A DNA stretch of 36,571 nucleotides from Syntrophaceae bacterium (GTDB lineage Bacteria > Desulfobacterota > BSN033 > UBA1163), in assembly GCA_018333715.1 (NCBI GenBank), contig JAGXSW010000069.1:1-36571 (forward strand), written 5' to 3'. The first letter of the stretch is position 1. Each line of letters begins with the position of its first letter. A program made the translations under genes and the position numbers. The notes under the pieces were generated by a model. That model did no database searches, was not told where the DNA came from, and was given only the letters and a program-made list of their open reading frames with translations. Positions 32,787-36,571 of the stretch are shown piece by piece.

Positions 32787-35700
32787 ATGGAAGCTGCAAG
32801 AGACTTATCAAAATCTAAAATAGATCAACCCATCGGGGCTGTCCTGGTCATTGGGGGCGGCATCGGAGGGATGCAGGCATCTCTCGATCTCGCGGATTCG
32901 GGCTTTTATGTCTACATGGTCGACAACTCCCCCACCATCGGCGGAGTGATGGCCCAGCTCGACAAAACCTTCCCCACCAATGATTGCTCCATGTGCATCA
33001 TGTCCCCGAAACTGGTGGAGTGTGGGAGACATCTCAACATCCGGGTCATCACGAATGCCGATGTAGAAGGCATTGAGGGTGAACCCGGCCGGTTCAGTGT
33101 CACCCTGACGAGAAGGCCGAGATATATTCACCTGGACCGGTGCACCGGCTGCGGTGAATGCGCCAAACACTGCCCGGTGACCGCCATTGATGCCTACAAT
33201 GAAAAGTTGAGCAGGAGGGCCGCCATCTATATCAAATATGCTCAGGCCATTCCCAAAGTCTATCTGATCGACCGCGAGCAGTGTATCGGATGCGGACTCT
33301 GCGAAAGGGTCTGCCTTGCGAAGGCAGTCAATTACGAAGAGAGCCGGATTGTTGAGAAGATCGATGTGGGATCGGTTATCCTGTCGCCTGGCTATGAGGT
33401 CTTTGATGCCCATCTCAGGCCTGAATTCGGTTATGGAGTTTATCCCAATGTCGTCACGAGCATCGAGTTCGAAAGGCTATTGAGCGCCACCGGCCCGCAC
33501 AGGGGCCATCTCCTGAGGCCCTCTGACGGAACGGTCCCTGAACGGATCGCCTTCATCCAGTGTGTCGGCTCCAGAGACTCCAATTGCGGAAATGATTACT
33601 GCTCATCCATCTGCTGTATGTACGCCACCAAGGAGGCCATCATCGCCAGAGAGCACGTCCACTTTGTTAAGCCCACTATCTTCTACATGGATGTGAGAGC
33701 CTACGGCAAAGGGTTCGATGCCTACTATGAGAGGGCGAAGTCTGAATATGGGGTCCGTTTCATTAAATGCATGGTCTCCAGAATCAGGGAACAGTATAAA
33801 ACAAAGAACCTCCTTCTCACCTATCTCAACGAGGGAGGGAATCTCGTGGAGGAGGAGTTTGAATTGGTGGTTCTTTCTGTGGGTATGGTCCCCTCAAAAA
33901 CGACCATGGAGATGGCGAAACAGCTGGGCGTGGAGCTGGATGGGTATGGATACTGTAAAACCAGGCCCTTCGAACCCACCTCAACCTCAAAGCCCGGAAT
34001 CTATGTTTGCGGCGCCTTTGAGGCGCCCAAGGATATCCCTGAAACCGTCACTCAGGCAAGCGGCGCAGTGGCCGATGCCACCGGCGCCCTCTCTAATGCG
34101 AGGGGAACCCTGGCTACGAAGAAGGAGTATCCGATAGAAGTGGATGTGGCAAGCGAAGATCCCCGCATCGGCGTCTTTGTCTGCCACTGTGGAATCAATA
34201 TCGGAGGCTTTGTCAATGTCCCTGCAGTCAAGGAGTATGCCCGCACATTAAAGAATGTGGCCTATGTGGATGAAAACCTTTACACCTGCTCGACCGACAC
34301 CCAGGAGAAGATTAAGAATGCCGTCAACGAGCATCATCTGAACCGTGTCATTGTCGCCTCCTGCTCTCCGAGAACGCATGAGCCCATGTTCAGGGAAACC
34401 ATCCGCGATGCAGGATTGAATAAATACCTCTTTGAGATGGCCAATATCCGGGATCAATGCTCCTGGGTCCATATGTCTCAGAAGAAGGAAGCCACGGAAA
34501 AGGCAAAAAATCTTGTCCGGATGGCAGTCGCCAATGCCAGGTTGATTCAACCGCTGGGCGAGATCGCCCTCTCCGTTACCCAGAAAGGATTGGTCATCGG
34601 AGGCGGTGTTGCTGGAATGACCGCCGCCCTCAAACTGGCCGAACAGGGATATGAGGTCTTTCTTATCGAAAAAGAGGCTCAGTTAGGCGGGAATTTGAGG
34701 AATCTTCACTACACGCTTGAAGGTGAAGATATCCAGGCCTTTCTGAAGAATCTGATCAACCGGGTGACAGGTCATCCTTCCATCCAGGTCATTACGAACG
34801 CACTGGTCGTTGACTTCAGCGGTTCCAAAGGCAATTTCTCAACAGGAGTCATGGTCGCGCCTACGATGTATTACCGGAAGATCGAACACGGAGTCGCCAT
34901 CCTCGCCACCGGCGCCGATGAGTGGAAACCAAACGAATATCTCTATGGGGAGGATCCCCGCATCCTCACGCAAATAGAACTGGAAAACCGGATTGCGAAT
35001 CAGCCGGATGAAATGGCCAGGGCGAATCAGATCGTCATAATTCAGTGCGTGGGTTCAAGAAATGAAGAACGGCCTTATTGCAGCCGGACCTGCTGTGCCA
35101 CAGCCATTAAAAATGGGCTAAAAATGAAGGAACTAAATCCCGGGGCCAACATCACCATTCTTTACCGGGATATGCGGACTTACGGATTGATGGAATCGTA
35201 CTATGCAAAAGCGAGAGATGAAGGGATTCTCTTCATCAGATATGAACCTGAGAAAAAACCATTGGTCAGTAAAAACGGACAGGAACTGACCGTCTCCTTT
35301 CTTGATCGAATTCTGAATGAGGAGATGGAGATCAAACCTGATCTCCTCATTCTCTCTTCGGCAACCATTTCAAGGGAGAATGAGGAGTTGGCAACCATGC
35401 TGAAGGTCCCTCGAACAGCAGAGGGATTCTTCCTCGAAGCCCATATGAAGTTAAGGCCGGTCGATTTTGCAACCGATGGCCTCTACCTGGCAGGGTCAGG
35501 ACATGGTCCGAAATTGATAAGCGAAAGCATCTCTCAGGCAAGCGCAACAGTCTCCCGGGCCTGCACCATTCTTTCGAAGGAAAAGATATTAGTCGGCGGC
35601 GTGGCGGCGATGGTGGAGGGGGAGCGGTGTGCGGCCTGTTTGACCTGTGTGAGGGTCTGTCCCTACAATGTGCCGGTGATCAATGCCAAGGGCGAGGCGG

Positions 35701-35843
35701 AGATTGATCTGGCCAAATGCAAGGGGTGCGGCAGCTGTGCAGCAGAATGTCCGGCCAGAGCCATAGAGCTGATGCACTTCAGAGATGGTCAGCTCTGGGC
35801 CAAGAGCCAGGCATTGATCTACAGCATAGAGCAGAGCGCATAG
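32787..35843 (+). CDS. hdrA: tandem (double-module) HdrA-like flavoprotein
   Basis: Same architecture as hdrL without the GltD-like insertion. Clearly paralogous; by eye roughly 80% identical in the VCHCGINIGG...RDQCSWVHM block. 1018 aa. Confidence 0.85.
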   Translation: MEAARDLSKSKIDQPIGAVLVIGGGIGGMQASLDLADSGFYVYMVDNSPTIGGVMAQLDKTFPTNDCSMCIMSPKLVECGRHLNIRVITNADVEGIEGEPGRFSVTLTRRPRYIHLDRCTGCGECAKHCPVTAIDAYNEKLSRRAAIYIKYAQAIPKVYLIDREQCIGCGLCERVCLAKAVNYEESRIVEKIDVGSVILSPGYEVFDAHLRPEFGYGVYPNVVTSIEFERLLSATGPHRGHLLRPSDGTVPERIAFIQCVGSRDSNCGNDYCSSICCMYATKEAIIAREHVHFVKPTIFYMDVRAYGKGFDAYYERAKSEYGVRFIKCMVSRIREQYKTKNLLLTYLNEGGNLVEEEFELVVLSVGMVPSKTTMEMAKQLGVELDGYGYCKTRPFEPTSTSKPGIYVCGAFEAPKDIPETVTQASGAVADATGALSNARGTLATKKEYPIEVDVASEDPRIGVFVCHCGINIGGFVNVPAVKEYARTLKNVAYVDENLYTCSTDTQEKIKNAVNEHHLNRVIVASCSPRTHEPMFRETIRDAGLNKYLFEMANIRDQCSWVHMSQKKEATEKAKNLVRMAVANARLIQPLGEIALSVTQKGLVIGGGVAGMTAALKLAEQGYEVFLIEKEAQLGGNLRNLHYTLEGEDIQAFLKNLINRVTGHPSIQVITNALVVDFSGSKGNFSTGVMVAPTMYYRKIEHGVAILATGADEWKPNEYLYGEDPRILTQIELENRIANQPDEMARANQIVIIQCVGSRNEERPYCSRTCCATAIKNGLKMKELNPGANITILYRDMRTYGLMESYYAKARDEGILFIRYEPEKKPLVSKNGQELTVSFLDRILNEEMEIKPDLLILSSATISRENEELATMLKVPRTAEGFFLEAHMKLRPVDFATDGLYLAGSGHGPKLISESISQASATVSRACTILSKEKILVGGVAAMVEGERCAACLTCVRVCPYNVPVINAKGEAEIDLAKCKGCGSCAAECPARAIELMHFRDGQLWAKSQALIYSIEQSA

Positions 35844-35845
35844 GA

Positions 35846-35922
35846 GAAATTAGGGACACTTCCCAATTTTTCGTATTAAGATAATTTTCCAATGATAAAA
35901 ATTGGGAAGTGTCCCTAATTTC
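35846..35922. repeat. perfect 26-bp inverted repeat with 25-nt spacer
   Basis: gaaattagggacacttcccaattttt (35846-35871) and aaaaattgggaagtgtccctaatttc (35897-35922) are exact reverse complements. Confidence 0.95.
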
Positions 35923-35942
35923 GCGAACTAACAGGAGAGGCG

Positions 35943-36419
35943 ATGGAAGCAATTCAGGAGACACGAGGCGCGAGTCACAAATCACCAGTCACCCGGTTTG
36001 AGCCTGAGATACTGGCTTACTGTTGTGAGCATTGAGCTTATAGCGCCGCGGACCTGGCAGGTTCGATGAGGCTATCGTATCCGACCAACGTGAAGATCGT
36101 GAAAGTTCCCTGTACTGGCAGGGTGGATATCCTGTTGATTCTCAAAGCCTTTGAATCGGGGGTGGACGGGGTCTATCTGGCAGGGTGTCTGGAGGGGGAG
36201 TGTCATTTCTTGAGGGGAAATCTCATGGCCAAAAAGAGGGTTCAGTATGTGAAGACACTATTGGACGAGGTGGGATTGGGTTCTGGCCGTGTGGAGATGG
36301 TCAACATGAGCTCAGCCCAGGGCCAGCGATTTGCAGAGGTGGCCAGAGAGATGACGGAGAAGATTCGGGTGTTAGGACCAAGCCCTGTCAAAAGATCGAA
36401 AGTCGAAGGTAGAAAGTAG
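35943..36419 (+). CDS. mvhD: MvhD-like subunit with in-frame TGA (36033-36035) read as selenocysteine
   Basis: SD aggagagg (35933-35940). The frame is continuous with the ORF-track ORF 36066-36419. The translation ...FEPEILAYCCEH-U-AYSAADLAGS aligns with CNWCAYAGADLAG of the 31782 paralog. Confidence 0.75.
36040..36075 (+). promoter_or_regulatory. candidate bacterial SECIS hairpin
   Basis: Lower stem atagc (36040-36044) / gctat (36071-36075). Upper stem cggacc (36049-36054) / ggttcg (36060-36065) with loop UGGCA. The upper stem starts 13 nt after UGA. Confidence 0.5.
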
Positions 36420-36479
36420 AGAGTGGAGAGTTAGATTCTTAACTACTTTCTACTTTCTACTTTCCACATTCCACCTTCG
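36404..36479. repeat. AGTAG/CTACT-type word hairpin overlapping the mvhD stop
   Basis: Outer pair cgaaggt (36404-36410) / accttcg (36473-36479). Left arm gtagaaagtagagagtggagag, right arm ctactttctactttctactttccac. Confidence 0.7.
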
Positions 36480-36494
36480 GGAGCGGAGGCGTAG

Positions 36495-36571
36495 ATGATT
36501 GTAGCAAACCGTAAGCCATTGGAAGAGATACTCACGATGCTCAAACCCTACAAAAAGGTCTTGCTTCTGGG
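36495..36571 (+). CDS. metV: second MetV-like gene, 5' fragment (runs off window)
   Basis: MIVANRKPLEEILTMLKPYKKVLLL parallels MIKAEQKPLEEILLYLKSYDRILLSG of metV at 20255. SD ggagg. Confidence 0.6.
   Translation, partial: MIVANRKPLEEILTMLKPYKKVLLL

Noticed and set aside
16669-35843. Selenocysteine codons in the HdrA paralogs
   Set aside because: All HdrA-type ORFs are continuous with no in-frame TGA. The 17698 junction stop is TAA. Only the third mvhD shows a Sec-like TGA.

Overview
One co-directional (+ strand) ~36 kb Wood-Ljungdahl and electron-bifurcation supercluster from an anaerobic bacterium. Lineage is inference only: roughly 50% GC by eye, gene content typical of Desulfobacterota-like acetyl-CoA-pathway organisms. 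Gene order: fhs (3' end) | acsV(RACo)-folD-cooC | acsE-acsD-cdhA-orf236-cdhB-cdhC-acsC-nuoE/F/G-like-DUF3786-like-hdrA (split into two ORFs)-mvhD-metV-metF | metF2-PAS histidine kinase-hdrC-hdrB-hdrL (about 1514 aa, HdrA carrying a GltD/NfnB-like insertion)-mvhD (long form)-tandem hdrA (1018 aa)-mvhD with an in-frame TGA (candidate selenocysteine)-metV2 (5' end). The CODH/ACS is the archaeal five-subunit type (CdhA+CdhB+short CdhC), set among bacterial tetrahydrofolate-branch genes. The long minus-strand ORFs I examined, and presumably the rest of the minus-strand track, look like antisense shadows of these genes. The main coding oddities are: (1) a Sec-type MvhD that the ORF track truncates; (2) an unassigned 236-aa Cys/His-rich ORF translationally coupled between cdhA and cdhB; (3) NuoEFG-like (Bfu-type) and HdrA-type bifurcation modules back to back; (4) three paralogous tandem-HdrA/MvhD sets, one split and partly Cys-depleted, one with a ~500-aa NAD(P)H-module insertion. 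The main non-coding oddity is that almost every intercistronic gap holds long hairpins built from 7-10 nt periodic words (TAGTC/GACTA, ACGAAT/ATTCGT, GGAAT/ATTCC, AATTGC/GCAATT and others). The gaps also contain modular multi-hairpin REP-like units and MITE-like elements, often nested inside one another and sometimes forming gene 3' ends. Only one classical terminator is visible, after fhs. All function calls rest on motif recognition and recall. No database search was run.
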